This document shows positions 51,251 through 64,000 of a stretch of DNA of 64,000 bases, one piece after another (position 1 is the first letter of the stretch; each line of letters begins with the position of its first letter). Both the position numbers and the translations under genes were made by a program. The notes below the pieces were generated by a model, which did not search any database, was not told the DNA's origin, and was given only the letters and a program-made list of their open reading frames with translations. This DNA is from Lama glama (lineage: Eukaryota): contig CM052817.1 in NCBI GenBank assembly GCA_028534125.1, positions 67,210,001 to 67,274,000 on the forward strand. The letters run 5' to 3'.

Positions 51251-52960
51251 GGTCAGGTTTTGGAAAAATAAACCCTGAGAAATAAGAGAAGATCTTGAAT
51301 CCATGAAATAAGAACAGAAGATTATTTCAAATGTAAAATTCAAAGATGAAAATAAAGAGTCTATGGAAAATTAAAAATATGGCTGAAAGCATAAGTGCAG
51401 CCAAGAGTGTGGAAGTTAAATCTGAGGACATCTTCCAAGATATGGAGCAAAAAAACAAGAGAGATAAAATTGGAAAGAAAAGATAAACAAACACGCAAAG
51501 AGAAATCATTCTAGGAAGTCTAACATCTGATTAATAGTCCATCAAAGAGATGTGAGAGAAAAATAATTGAAGAAAAGGCGCAAGAACTGAATGGCATGAG
51601 TCTTCAAATTGGAGTGGCTTATAGCTTGCCCAGAGTAAGGAATAAAAAAGACCCATAAAAATATGTAACAAAGAAAATGAAGACTAATTAAGTCATATAC
51701 AAAACTTAGGCATCAGAATAGCATTAGACCTCTTACCAGCAAATCTTGGAGCTGGAAGACAATGGAATATGTCAGTTAAGACAGGCTGATTTCTGTAACA
51801 AACTACTCTCAAATGCCAGTGGCTCAAGAAAATGAATTTTAATGCTCTATCATGACTCAGCCCTATGGTAGGACTGAGGAGCCTAGATCCTCTCACCCGG
51901 TGCCTCTGCTGTCATCTAGGGACTCCACTGGACCCCCGGCATTGGCTGCAACCCATGGGAAAAGGGAGAGTGTCGCCGCTCACAAGGAGGTTGTAAGAGC
52001 CAGGGCTGGAAAGGGCATGCGTCACTTAATCCCAGGTACACGGCTCCACCTAATAGCAAAGAAGGCACAGAAGAGAACAAAGCAGTGTATGCCTTTGCCA
52101 TACTACCAAGTGTATGTCTTTGCCACAGAATCCCTTCACAAATGTAAAGGAATATGATTTCCACTCTAGAATCCATCGGCTATCAGTCAAGTCTGACAGC
52201 AGATGAAAGAGTTTGTCAGACATGCAAGATCTCAGACTTATCATCCTTGTGCAATTTCTCAAGAAACTCATAAAAGAGAGTCCAACAAAATGAACAACTT
52301 ACTGAACAGAAATCAGAGTGCTTGAAGGGGAAGAACACTGAAGAGAAGCCCTAGACTTGAAGGAAGGGAGCTCTCAAGATGACAGGTTTAGAGAGCAAGC
52401 GGCAGGCCTAGAGAGCAACCAGTCTATACAGAAGAGCAGAGGGCATAGGGGAGATGTATCTGAATCAGAAAATAAAATAGAAAGATTAATAAAATACTTA
52501 AATTATTGATAGGGGATTTTTTATGGGCAAAAAGTTTGGGAATATATTAGTGATGTTTTCAAGAAAACCTACGCAAACAAAAAAGAGGATCAATATTTTT
52601 TGTACAAAACCCAAAGGATTGTGCAAAAATGTGCAACTTTGGTAAAACATATGGCTTAGCTATGAACGTAAATGATATACTCATAAGAGGTAACACTCAG
52701 CATTGGTATAAACACACATTATGATATGGCTACAATATGGTGGATCGGGGAGGACCATGGGCATGCACGAGGGGGTGTTTAAGAGGGCTAAATCATCACA
52801 ATAAAAACTAGTAGCAGAAACACATATTATTTAAAACTACAGAGGTAAATATCAGAAGAAACACCTAAAAGAGCTGAATTTTGTGACCATTCAGGAGTAG
52901 AATGTAGGTTTGTTAGGAGGTAGGAGCTGCTGGATTTTCTTAAGAGCTTTACAAACCATT
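51250..52960 (+). mobile_element. Ancient L1/HAL1 ORF1-type fragment interrupted by an MLT1 LTR (51768-52126, minus)
   Basis: aggaagtctaacatctgattaata, catcagaatagcattagacctc…gctggaagacaatgg; LTR start tatgtcagttaagacaggct. Confidence 0.7.
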
Positions 52961-54418
52961 GTCATAGAAAGGGAAAGGCATTCCCTGTTGCCAAGTATTT
53001 GCCATCCCTGCTTTACAGCCGCACAATTCGGGATAAATACAAAAAAAAGATCAATATTAAAATTAAACTAGAAGATACTTGGGAGAAATCAATTCGGCTC
53101 CAGTAGATTTTATTTATAATTGTGTGAGTTAAAGTTAATACGTAACACATGAATTCAGAGTGAGAAGTACTATATGCTTCATTTATCAGATCACTAGGTA
53201 TCATTTCTAGGGTTACTAAAGAGGGTAAAAACCATACACTGTCTCCACATAAATATCACTAGAGAAGTGGCAAGTGCACAGGCAAATTATGAAGGACCAT
53301 GAGAAAAACAGCCAAGGTCAAGGAATTAACGAAAGGCGTACACAGGAAAGTCAACATAACTTAAGAGAGCAAAAACAGTCACAATAGAGTGTTTTTAGTA
53401 GATATGCTAAAATGTTTTGAAACTTGAAGTGAAAGTGATTTAATAATCTACTAAACCGAGTGAAAAATAAGATAAATGTCCTTGAGTATTTCATTACTTA
53501 CTGAGGAGAGACTAGCTGGGTGGAGAGTGTGATGTTCTTCTTAAGATATAAGAAGTTACAGAACTTTTTAAAGAAGAGTTTAGAATTGTATGATGAAGCC
53601 ATAGAGAAAAAGCTAAAATCCTTGAGACACAGGGTCTGCACATGGGATTTTATAAATCATTGCCTGCTTTGGTCAATCTTTGTCAGAAGTACAGACTATC
53701 TACGTAGAAAGGCAGACACGGGCTTGTCAATGAAGAGGATGTGGCAAAATCCAGGACGCCGGACCTATTTAGACACTTTGTACCGTGGAAGAGCACTGCA
53801 GAGTAAGGAGTCGTGAACTTTTGGCTTTTCCTCTAACTAGCTGGACTTTCTCCTGTTGTATACCGAGAAGGGGAGGCTAACGTCCTAGAGGATGCAGTTC
53901 TGTGGCTCAGTAAGAACTCTTTTCAGAAGGGTGAGTTTAGGAAGTGAAGTCACCGATGGCTGATATAGCTGAGACAATGTGGGGTGAGAGCGGGGTACCT
54001 GTTAGTATGACAATGAGGAGAGGAACAGACTTAGACTAACACCTTGGCCAGACATCCTGTGTTGGCTCTGCAATTTGTAGGATTTGTTGCTGTCCGCTCT
54101 GGCCCTTTATCATCTCTTCCATTATCCTCCGCAAACTGAGCTTCTTGACAAAAACTCTTTACAATAACATCAAACACCAGATTTGGATCCTTGGTTAATC
54201 CTCAGGTTTACCGTTTACCATGGTATTCTGTGTTCCGAAGGAAATGACTTTACTAAATCCATTTCAATTTTCTCATTTGTAAAATGAAAGAATACTCAGC
54301 CTTCCTGCATGACAGCGAATAGTATTTCTACTCATTACACCCTCTATTGTAAATGATTTCTATTGTTAAATACCACTGGGGGCCACGGGGCTCACCCTTG
54401 TAGTCAAGAAGAAAAAGG

Positions 54419-54553
54419 AGGGAGGGGATAGCTCAGAGGTATAGTTCAATCCCCCATACCGCTGTTAAAATAATTAAGTAAATAAACAAGCCTAATTCCA
54501 TCCTCCCAAAACAAAAAATGAATAAATAAGATATTTTTTAAATTAGGAAAAAA
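54419..54553 (+). mobile_element. tRNA-derived SINE (Vic-1-like) with internal deletion
   Basis: gggaggggatagctcagaggtatag|ttcaatcccc…A-tail; A-rich imperfect TSD aagaagaaaaagg / aagaaggaaaaaag. Confidence 0.8.
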
Positions 54554-56079
54554 AAGAAGGAAAAAAGTTCTATTTAGCCTGCTGCAACAAAGGCAAAATG
54601 CGCTCCCCAGGAGCCCTTGGGTGCATCTCAGTAAGAGGAATAAGGAGCGGTATTTTACATGGATTGTTAGTGCTGGTTGATGCTTAGGAAAGGATAGAAT
54701 TGTGAGAACTACTGTAGCAATTGGTCTTTCATCTTTTCCAGGAAGGCGGAACAAAGCAGACCTGGAACATCATTGGTGGAAAGCAGCTGTCACTCAGAAG
54801 GAGAAGGGTTTAGTTATTGGGCAGCTGAATGTGGCCTTGTGTGTGTCCTGTTGAAAACATCTTTTTCTCTTGACCTCATTATCTCTCATGGCAAATATTA
54901 CTGTTCTGTTGGGAACGTGTGATCACCAGCAGGACTGACTTTCACTTTCTCACTGTGTACTCCATTCTTTCTGTAACTAAACCTATAAAATCACTCCTTT
55001 CATTAGTCATCTCCCAGAGACGAGGAACCGGGCACAAAGAGCCAAGTAACTTACACATGGTTACGAAGTCAGTAAAGTGTGGAACACGCTCTTCCCATCA
55101 ACTCAATTCAGTCTATTAAAATTCTTTTTTTTAATCCCAAGGCTCATGTCATTTATCATCCAACAATGAAACTCTCACATTTCACCAAGGCAGAATTCAT
55201 TTCTTCTCTTTCTTTACTTGAAAATCACTTGATACTCCTATGAAATTACCATCTCATGTGAGAAGAGGATTTCCCTCAATGTTTAAGATCTGCACATTTT
55301 GGGATACCAGGATCTAAGTTCCTGAGGTCTGCCTACCTCTCACCCAGAATTTTCTTTCTCTGGCTTGTGAAGCCTTTAATATCCCCCTCGTAGCAATCTG
55401 CTTCCCTTTGTAATTGGACAGAGTTAATTGACAAAAAAAAAAAAAGCCTCTAAATTATATCTGGTCTCTGGTTTCTTTTCTCAGATCTGGCTTATATCCT
55501 CAAATAAATAAAAGCAGCGCTCTTTGCTGACATCCTCCTCCCGCTGCACTCACTGGTTTCCTCCTTTTCAGACTCCCTTTTGGGCCAGTTTAGGTGTGTA
55601 GATTACCCTTTGCTCTGTTATTTATTGGGGTGACCAAGCAGCTATCTTGTTTTGCTTCTCTTGTAACAATCCATTCAACTGTTACTTATTATTTTATTAC
55701 ACATAGACATATATGAAAAACATGATACCAACCCAAAAATTTCTACTCAGGAACAAATAATCCCACAGTGATATTAATAAGCCAAATTTTATTGACTCCT
55801 TGCCCCTCACCTCCCGATGCAGGATCTCAGTTCTCAGGCCAAAATGTCTCCCAGTTCTTTCTGGAAGGCTGGTGGGTATCGTCTATACAGTGATGACAAT
55901 TACGTATTTTACTCATGTTTGCATACAGCAAAGCTTCAGAACTCTTGTGTTCAGCACACATATGCTCAGGGATAGATTCACTCAAGCTTTCCCCTTTCAG
56001 TTTTTCACTGATGTTCACTAATAGAAACCCCCATAAGGGAGGTGACTTGCCCCCCACCAAAGCTGACAGTGATCTCCAG

Positions 56080-56292
56080 TAATACACAGAACGTTCCCTA
56101 TCTGTACTGGAGGAAGAGCTTTCTCCTTTAATCTGACACAAAACCAATACATTTGTAAAATACAATAAAAATGAATTTCTAGAAAAAGAGCATATTCTTG
56201 AATGTCATGGCAATGTCAAATTGCTATCAAAGTTTCTGAATGCTTACTCTTACTTTCTGTACTAGTAGTTTATGAATCAGGACCAAATGTAG
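56080..56292. mobile_element. hAT-Charlie element (Charlie4-like)
   Basis: catggcaatgtcaaattgctatcaaagtttctgaatgcttactc…ccacacttaagtagcactg. Confidence 0.65.
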
Positions 56293-56809
56293 ACCACACT
56301 TAAGTAGCACTGCCCTTGAACTTGTTCCCCTAACACTCCCCAAGTTGCCACCTCTTCACTCATCCAGAGAAGTCTGTAGGAAGCTCCTGTCTCCAAGGCT
56401 GTGCTGCACTTGTGTCATCTGGACCCTAGAAACAGCGTGGTCTGTGTCTGAGTCTCATTAAGCCCCTTGTGAAGAAGTCTCATTTAAACGATTTTTCCTT
56501 CTACCACAGACTTAGGCCTGGAATATCAGGCCCAGCTGATAGAAGGCTTCATCCTGTCATTCTCGATTCTTCTGTCTCTCATCTTCTCTTCCTCCAAGAC
56601 ACGCCCCAGAGGATCAAGCTCCCCTCATTCATGAATTAAGGAAAATAGATAACTCAGAGGCACTGACCCATCAGGTTATCAGAATGTTGTGTTCAGCTGG
56701 GACTCTGTCTTCATGTTATTCTAATTCAGTATATGGTAATGTAGGCACGTGTGAGCCACCATGAGTAATTTGTCACTCTTTTGTATGTAGAAAAGAGATT
56801 AAATGTGTG

Positions 56810-57010
56810 TTTACTAAGGACTAAGGAATGTGTGTTTACCAACACAAGCTCTGTGCTGGGTGTTTTACCTACATCAGCTTCATACATCCCCAAAGCAACT
56901 TTATAAGATGATCACAGCATCATTTCCATTTTACAGATGAGGATACAAATACTTAGAGACACCTAGGAATTTGACTAAGCGTACTTAGTACAGCTGGAAT
57001 AATTAGTAGA
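56810..57010 (-). mobile_element. MIR SINE
   Basis: ctgtgctgggtgttttacc…tttccattttacagatgaggatac. Confidence 0.7.
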
Positions 57011-59280
57011 CCTGAAATAATTAGTGCCCCTAGAAAAACAAGACCAAGAGAAAGTAATGAATAAACACGGTGTGAAAACAGCGTTTAAAAGTTGATGCAA
57101 GAATATAGGTTTCTTAATTAGGTGGGGATATATGGATTTTTACAGAACAAATTCCTGTGTCAAACACCAGCTTGGAAAAAAAGAAAGAAAAAAGAATACT
57201 GATATTTATTTTGAGCAGTAGAATAACATTTGCTTATCCGATGGGTCCATCTAATTCCCTGGCAGTGAGTGAATCACTTGAAAAGGGGGTCGCATGTTTT
57301 AAAGAGGTTTGTGGTTGCTCCCCTGTTCTAAGAATGCACCCCTACCTGCTTGGCCTGGGACTTTAATTCCACCCACACTCTATTTTGGCTCCTGTGTATC
57401 AACTCAGGCTTTGGGGAGGAGATGTACAAGGACCCCGTTCCTCCAAAGGCATTGGTTCATTATCAATATCAGTTCGGAGCTGGCTTCCATGCCCATCGCA
57501 CAAACTCTTGCCGCGCTTCTGACCCCTGTTACTCAATCCCTTTGACTTTGGGTTCTGGAGATTTCAGCCAAGCCTTCCTTCTTGTCTAGGTTCTGGCCCT
57601 TCATAGCCAGTGTTTCTCTGTCTGTCTCTGCCTCCCACTGGTCATTGTATCAGTTTATAGGACCGGTTCCTACTTCTAATTAGAGGATGCTTTTGTCCTA
57701 ACCATCTCACATCTGGCCAAGTGTTTTCCCTGCCCACTGCTCCTACCCTCTTCAGCTAACAAAGTCACCTGCTCCTTGTGAAGAAGGGCTTTTCACACAG
57801 GTTGCAGGAGGGCTGACACTGCACTGTTCACGTACATCCACTGCACTTGTTTCAGAAACAGGCCCGCGACTCAGGCTGGACCACGTCCTCAGTGGGATGC
57901 ATTAGTCTGAGCTCTGAAGAGTTTCTCTTTTATCTGAGGGAGTTCTTAGGGTAACTGCAGACATCACTTGAACCCCTGGGTCTATACAATCCTGCAGCCA
58001 GGAAAAGTGTATTTACATTAGCATTTTTAAGAACTAAATTAGATTGAATAAGATTTTTGTCACAACTAACATACTTCTGGCTGAATCTCTGATCTAACTG
58101 AAAACCTGACTGCGATCATACAGACTCTGGACTTTGTGCCTCTGCTTAGCTCTGTGGTGCTCCCAGGCCCATTTTAAGCCAACTGCACTCTTTCTTTGTC
58201 AGTGTTGCCGTATTTGTTCCAAACCTCTAGTTCAACCAGACTTCTTGTCCTGGACTTTCTGGGGTTATTCTGCTCTGCTGTATAAGGTAAAAATGTAAAA
58301 AATGTTTTAAAAATGTAAAAAATGGTGTATGAAAAGTCCATTAAGCCCTCTACTTTTTATATATTAAACAATAGATCTCCTAATAGGAAACAAGGGTCCA
58401 AGTGAACACCAGGGCAGTGAATAATGAATTAAAGAAATTAATTTATATTAATAATATTAATAATGCCAAGTCCATTACTAACAACTACTGAAAGAGCAGG
58501 ATCATGGGGGTGATGTCAGAAGAGAAGAATTCTCAGGAACAAAATAAATGTAAAAACTCAATATCCACAATCAATTAAAAGATGGTTTAGAGTAAATGAG
58601 AAATAAGGAAAATATAATGGGAATGAAAAAATTGGCTCCCATATTTTATGTAATATTTTTAGGAATAATCTATATATTTGTAAAGAGGGACTGTAATGTG
58701 CTTATCAATCAACACTCTTATCAGGATGCTCAACCCATGTTTGTTGATGATGGTTTAGCAAAAAAAAGGGAGAATTTTTAGAAACATACAGTACTATAGA
58801 ACAACTTTAATCCTTTGTCTTTTATGTGTCAATTACATTTGCCTACTACCTACTGGATGTAGGATATTTCTGTGAAGAGTTTTGTTTGTTTGTTTGTTTC
58901 TTTTGCTTTATGAAATAGTAAGCCCAAACAATTGAAAGGCACAACTGAAATCATCTTGGAGGAGATTGAATCTTGTAGCAGAGACTCTCAATGCTGCCCA
59001 AAGGAGATATGATGTTTCAGGGTAAAATCTTGCTAAAGGTCAAAATATGGAAAAGAAAAAAAAGCAAAATCACCTCATATGAGATTGCTTCACAGGGGTA
59101 AGACATTTCAAAGTATAAAAGATATTGGAAATCTACACGTTAAGATGGTTGAATATAAGGAGAGGATTTTAAACTAGTTAGCAACAGAAGATAAAGAATT
59201 AGCTGTGATCAATAAGATGGTAATCAATTAAGACTCTGTAGAATAGACACACTGTGATTATTTTAAAAACAGGATTAATG

Positions 59281-59771
59281 CTTACTTCACTTAGAATAAT
59301 ATCCTCCAGGGACATCCATGTTGCTGCAAATGGCATTACACTGTCATTTTAATGGCTGAATAGTATTCCATTGTATGAATATACCACATCTTCTTTATCC
59401 AGTCATCTGTTGATGGACATTTAGGCTGTTTCCATGTACTGGCTATTATAAATAGTGCTACTAGGAACATTGGGATGCAGGTGTCTTTTTGAAGTTGGCT
59501 TCCTTCTGGATATATGAAAAATTGTGCTCTATACTGGAATTTGACACAACATTGTAAAATGAGTATCATTCAATAAAAAAAAGTTGAAAAAATAGATAAA
59601 CAACAAGGGCCTACTGTATAGCACAGGGAACTATATTCAATGTCTTGTAATAAGCTATAATGGAAAAGAATTTGAAAATATACATATATACGTATGTATA
59701 TGTATAACTGAATCCCTTTATTGCACACTGTCAATCAACTACACTTCAATAAAAAGGAAAATAAAAATTAA
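59281..59771 (+). mobile_element. Composite L1: inverted piece plus two tandem 3' ends
   Basis: Antisense ORF2 C-terminal piece at 59281-59515, sense 3' end to ~59592, second 3' end to ~59771; imperfect TSD aaaaacaggattaatg / aaaaataagattcatg. Confidence 0.8.
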
Positions 59772-61049
59772 AAAAATAAGATTCATGAGATTATGGGAAA
59801 AAATGCCAGAAAGAATAAAATATGCAATTAAGACATAAAGTTAAGTATGAAATTTAAGTATAAAATAACTCAGGAGAAGGGCACTCCCTTTACAATTACT
59901 CTTTAACACTGTGGTTTTGAAATGTATTGCCTGAAAGAACAAATAGTAGATAACTGACCAAGATGTAGATGTAAAACTCATAATGTAAAAACGTGGGGAT
60001 TTTAAAGAATGTGTAATAGAAATTTTTTATGTTTTTATATGCCACATCAAAATATACATGCAACTACAAAGAGATAAAGTATGTGAAATTCTGGAAAACA
60101 GAGAGCTATATAAATGCAAAGCACTTACATATTACGTATACTTTGAAGTCTTTGTATTTCAAGATGCATGTTCATATGTACAGAACCAATGTCTTGCTTT
60201 GGGTAGTTTCCCCTTTTTTCTCTTCTTTGGGAGTGAGGAGATGGAATTTGAAAGAATTAAAATGAGAGATATACATAATAGTCCATGTCTGAGTGTACAT
60301 TTTTAAGCAGTGCTCTTCAAAAATGGCTAAAATAAGTAATCAAGAAAAGCTTAGGAGGAAGTGAAAACCTAAAAAAGAAAAAAGTCAGTGAATAAAAGAT
60401 GTATATCAGAAAGACGTGCAATATTTCATACCTACCACTGAGTTAAAAAACCAAAAGCATACAGATTATTATATATTATAGGTTGTTAAATTCCTCAGAA
60501 AATGTGGGATTGAATTTTCCAATAATCCATGATCTAATAACTTTATACATCACCTGTATTACATAATGGATCCCAGATAAGACCTGTTGGTCCACAGAAG
60601 AAAGTGTATTATACAGCACTAGGAACACTTACTACTCTTCCATTAAGATTTAAATTCTGATAGATCTACCCAAGTTACAATACTGATTTGGAAGGTGAGG
60701 TGAGTCATGTTGTTATTATTAAATGATTGAATGCCAGTGGTACAAGCATCCAAAAGGGTGCAGGGTGAGAGCAATAGCAGGAGGATATGGTGAGACTGGG
60801 GTGTATTTGAAAGAGCATATTCAGTGTTACCTATTGTAATTTTTATATATGGTAGATAAAGTGATATTTCGTTTTTGTAAGACAAACTAAAGAAAGGATG
60901 TGAGCTTTTTACTTTCACTGAAAGGGCATGTTGAAAGGAAGTAAGTGTTTAAATATCTCTTGCAAGCCTATTTTTAGACAGGTATACTGCTCCATTCAGG
61001 AGATGCAAGATTTAAAAATATAGTATTTATCTTCCTGGAGCTTCTGGGC

Positions 61050-61445
61050 TCTCTTAGATGGTTCAGGCTGCCACAACAAAATACCATAGACTGGGCGGCT
61101 TAAACAACAAAAATGTATCTCTCATGGATCTGGAGGCTGGGAAGCCCAAGGTCAAGGTGCCAGCCCACTGGGGTTCCAGTTGAGGACCTTCTTCCTGGTG
61201 TTTAGATGACGGCCACCTCCTCGCTGTTTCCTCAGGTGACCTTTCCTCTGTGCCGAAGCAGAGAGAGAGAGAGAACGCTCTCTGGTGTCTTTTCTTATAA
61301 GGATTTAATCCCATTGGACTAGAACCCCATTTTCATGACCTCGTTTAATCCAATTATGCTCCAAAAGCCCATCTCCAAGTACCATCATGTTGGGGGTTAG
61401 GGCTTCAACGTACAAATTGCAGAGAATACAAATCTGTTCACAGCA
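61050..61445 (-). mobile_element. MaLR solo LTR (MLT1A-like)
   Basis: ttcaggctgccacaacaaaataccatagactgggcggcttaaacaac…ctggaggctgggaagcccaaggtcaaggtgccagc…ggggttagggcttcaac. Confidence 0.9.
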
Positions 61446-61559
61446 CTGGCTAAGGAAGATAAAGATAGAGAATTCATAGATAGGGGAATCTTCACAAAGT
61501 GGATAAACTAGTAAAACCTGCTAGGTTAATAACTAAAGTATTGCAAAAATCTCAGTAGC

Positions 61560-64000
61560 TCCAATGTGCCCCTTCCAGTCACAACCACACTGCCCATACA
61601 AAGGCAACCACTATGCTCATGTCTAATAGCATAAGTTGATTTTTCATGTTAATTAGTTTTGCCTATTTTAAAAATGTATATAATGGAATTCTATAATACA
61701 TACTATTTTGTGTCTCTTTTTTTTCACTCACAGTAACAGCCTGAGATTCATCTATATTGTTTGTAGAGCAACATTTCATTTATTTTCATAGCCGTACCAT
61801 AGTCCATTGTGTGAAAATAGCACAATTTATTTACCCATTTTATTTTTGGTGGTCTTTCTTTTTCCCCCCACTTTTTGACTATTACAAATAATATGATTTA
61901 TGAATATTTTTGTCTTAAGGTTTGGGGGGCAGACATGTGCTTGTCTGACAGGTATATACCTAGGGGTAGAATTGCTGAGCCAGAGTGTATGTGAGGACTC
62001 AGATTTGTAGGTGCCAGGGCACAGTTCTCCAGAACGGTTCTACAGATGTAAACCCCCCACAACAGTGTGTGACAGTCTCAATTATGATAAATCTTTGCCG
62101 ATCTATGGTGTTAGTCTAATTCACTGGCCATTCTGGTATGTGTGCAATAGTAGCTAATTTTAATTTGCATTTCCCTAAATACTTTTTAACGTATTTTTTG
62201 CCAAGTTTTTATTTGGTTATCTGAGGATTTTTTTTTCTTATTGATTTTAGGAGTTCTTTATATTCTACAAACACACAATTTGTCTGTTACATAGGTTGCA
62301 AATATGTTCTTCCTCCCTGTGGCTTAGCACTCTCTTAACAGTAACTTTCAATAAATGGATTTTTAATTTTACTGCATCTAAATTATCAAACTTTTCCCTT
62401 CTGGTTAGCAATAATTGTTTCCAGTTTAAGAAATATTTACTTACATCAAAGCCTTAAGTAGTTCCACATGTTATTTTCTAAAATCTTTATGCTGTATCTT
62501 TTATATAAAAATATAACTTAATAATAATAGGTAATCATAATATAATCTACTTGGAACTGGTTTTTGTTTATGGCATGAGAGAGGGTTAAAATTTACCATT
62601 TTCCCAAAGGGGTATCCAAATGAACCAGCACTGTTTATTAACTAGACAATCTTCTTCCTGCTGCTCTAAAGCAGTGTCTTGTTATGAGTCAAGTGGCTTT
62701 ATATGTTTTGGTCTATTTCTAGACTCCCTAGTCTATGTCAGTGGCCTATGTCTATTTCCACCCATAAACCCATATTGTCTTAATTACTGTGTCTTAATTA
62801 CAACTCTTACAATCTTATAGTGTAAGTATTAAAATTTTGCTTGTCTTAGCTATTCTTGACTGTTTGTACTTTCACGTAAATTTAGAATCTTGTAAATTTC
62901 TACAAATTAAAACTTTCAGAATTTTCATTGATATTACATCTATGGATTAGTTTGGAGAAAATTGTCATTTTTATTCATGAATGTAATATGCCCTTCCTCA
63001 TATAAGGCATTCTTATCTTTTAAAAATATTTTGTATTTTTCTGTGTAATATTTTTGTACAATTTTTGTGAGATTTTTTACTATTCAAAGGATTTTAATGC
63101 TTGCAAATAATAATTTTCTTAATTTCACTTTTTGAGTGTTTGTGGTTACTATATAGAAATACAATTAGTTTTGCTTACTGACTTTGTATCTGTCTTAAAT
63201 GTAGATTGTTAATTCCAATAGATTCTCCGTGGATTTTTTTAGAATTTTCTACATGCATATAATATGATTTGGAAAAGAGATTTTTGTTCCTCCTTTTGAA
63301 TTCGTATTGTGTTTTTATGATATGTTGCACTGGCTATATTCTTGAGTAGAATAGAAGTGGTGAAAGCAGTTATATTTATCCTATCCTTGCCATTTCAGGT
63401 GGAAATCTAATTCTAAGCATTTTTTGTAGGTACTGTTTATCTAAAGGAGAATTTTCTGACTGGGATTTCAAAATTGTAGAATAGATAAACAAGATTACAC
63501 TGTATAGCACAGGGAAATATACACAAAATGTTATGATAACTCACAGAGAAAAAAATGTGACAATGAGTGTGTATAAGTCCATGAATGACTGAAAAATTGT
63601 GCTGAACACTGGAATTTGACACAACACTGTAAAATGATTATGAATCAATAAAAAAAAGGAGAATTTTCTTTATTCCTCATTTGCTAATAGTTTTTGTGCT
63701 AGCTGTTTTATTCCTACAACTTTTAAAATAATCATATGATTTTCCTCCTTTATTCTGTTAATGTGATGCATTATATTGATTGGTTAATGATTACCCAATT
63801 TTGCATTCATAGAATAAATCCAATTTGGTTATGATTTTTTCCCATATATGACTCGATTTTGTTTGCTCCTTTTTAAGGACTTCAGAGATGTTGGTGTATC
63901 ATTTTGCACTCTTGTAAACAATTATTGACCTCATAAAACAAATCGGAAATTTCTCTCTCTTTGCTCTTCTCTGGAATAGTTCACGCAGGATTTTTACTTT
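61560..64000 (-). mobile_element. Ancient L1 (L1ME-type) 3' UTR and ORF2, antisense
   Basis: T-rich decayed antisense L1 (gtatatacctaggggtagaattgctg, ttaatttgcatttccct, gaatagaagtggtgaaagc, ctctggaatagtt). Confidence 0.85.
63458..63654 (+). mobile_element. Young ~200-bp L1 3' end with a perfect 15-bp TSD
   Basis: TSD aaaggagaattttct at 63443-63457 and 63655-63669; close to the reverse complement of 20764-20946. Confidence 0.95.

Noticed and set aside
1..64000. CRISPR arrays, operons, rRNA or prokaryotic defence systems
   Set aside because: The sequence is mammalian; no regularly spaced repeats or dense ORF architecture.

Overview
AT-rich, repeat-dense mammalian genomic DNA with one 500-N gap (20947-21446). 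It is most likely a camelid, inferred from two tRNA-derived SINEs resembling camelid Vic-1 and from the young L1 3' ends. Much of the window is interspersed repeat: young and ancient L1, L2, MIR, CR1/L3, MaLR/ERVL LTRs, and hAT and Tigger DNA elements. No long ORF in the supplied track looks like a genuine host gene; they are L1 fragments, microsatellites or chance ORFs. I recognise no known gene. The main non-repeat signals are (i) two small CpG-rich, NRF1-motif, promoter-like patches (~365-700 and ~37010-37200) and (ii) a + strand series of exon-like units between them. The 30410-36809 part can be spliced in one phase-consistent frame (~200 codons, two internal stops) with weak RGS-domain-like motifs, so it may be an unannotated or decayed multi-exon gene; this is low confidence. 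Repeat family names and boundaries were assigned by eye and are approximate.
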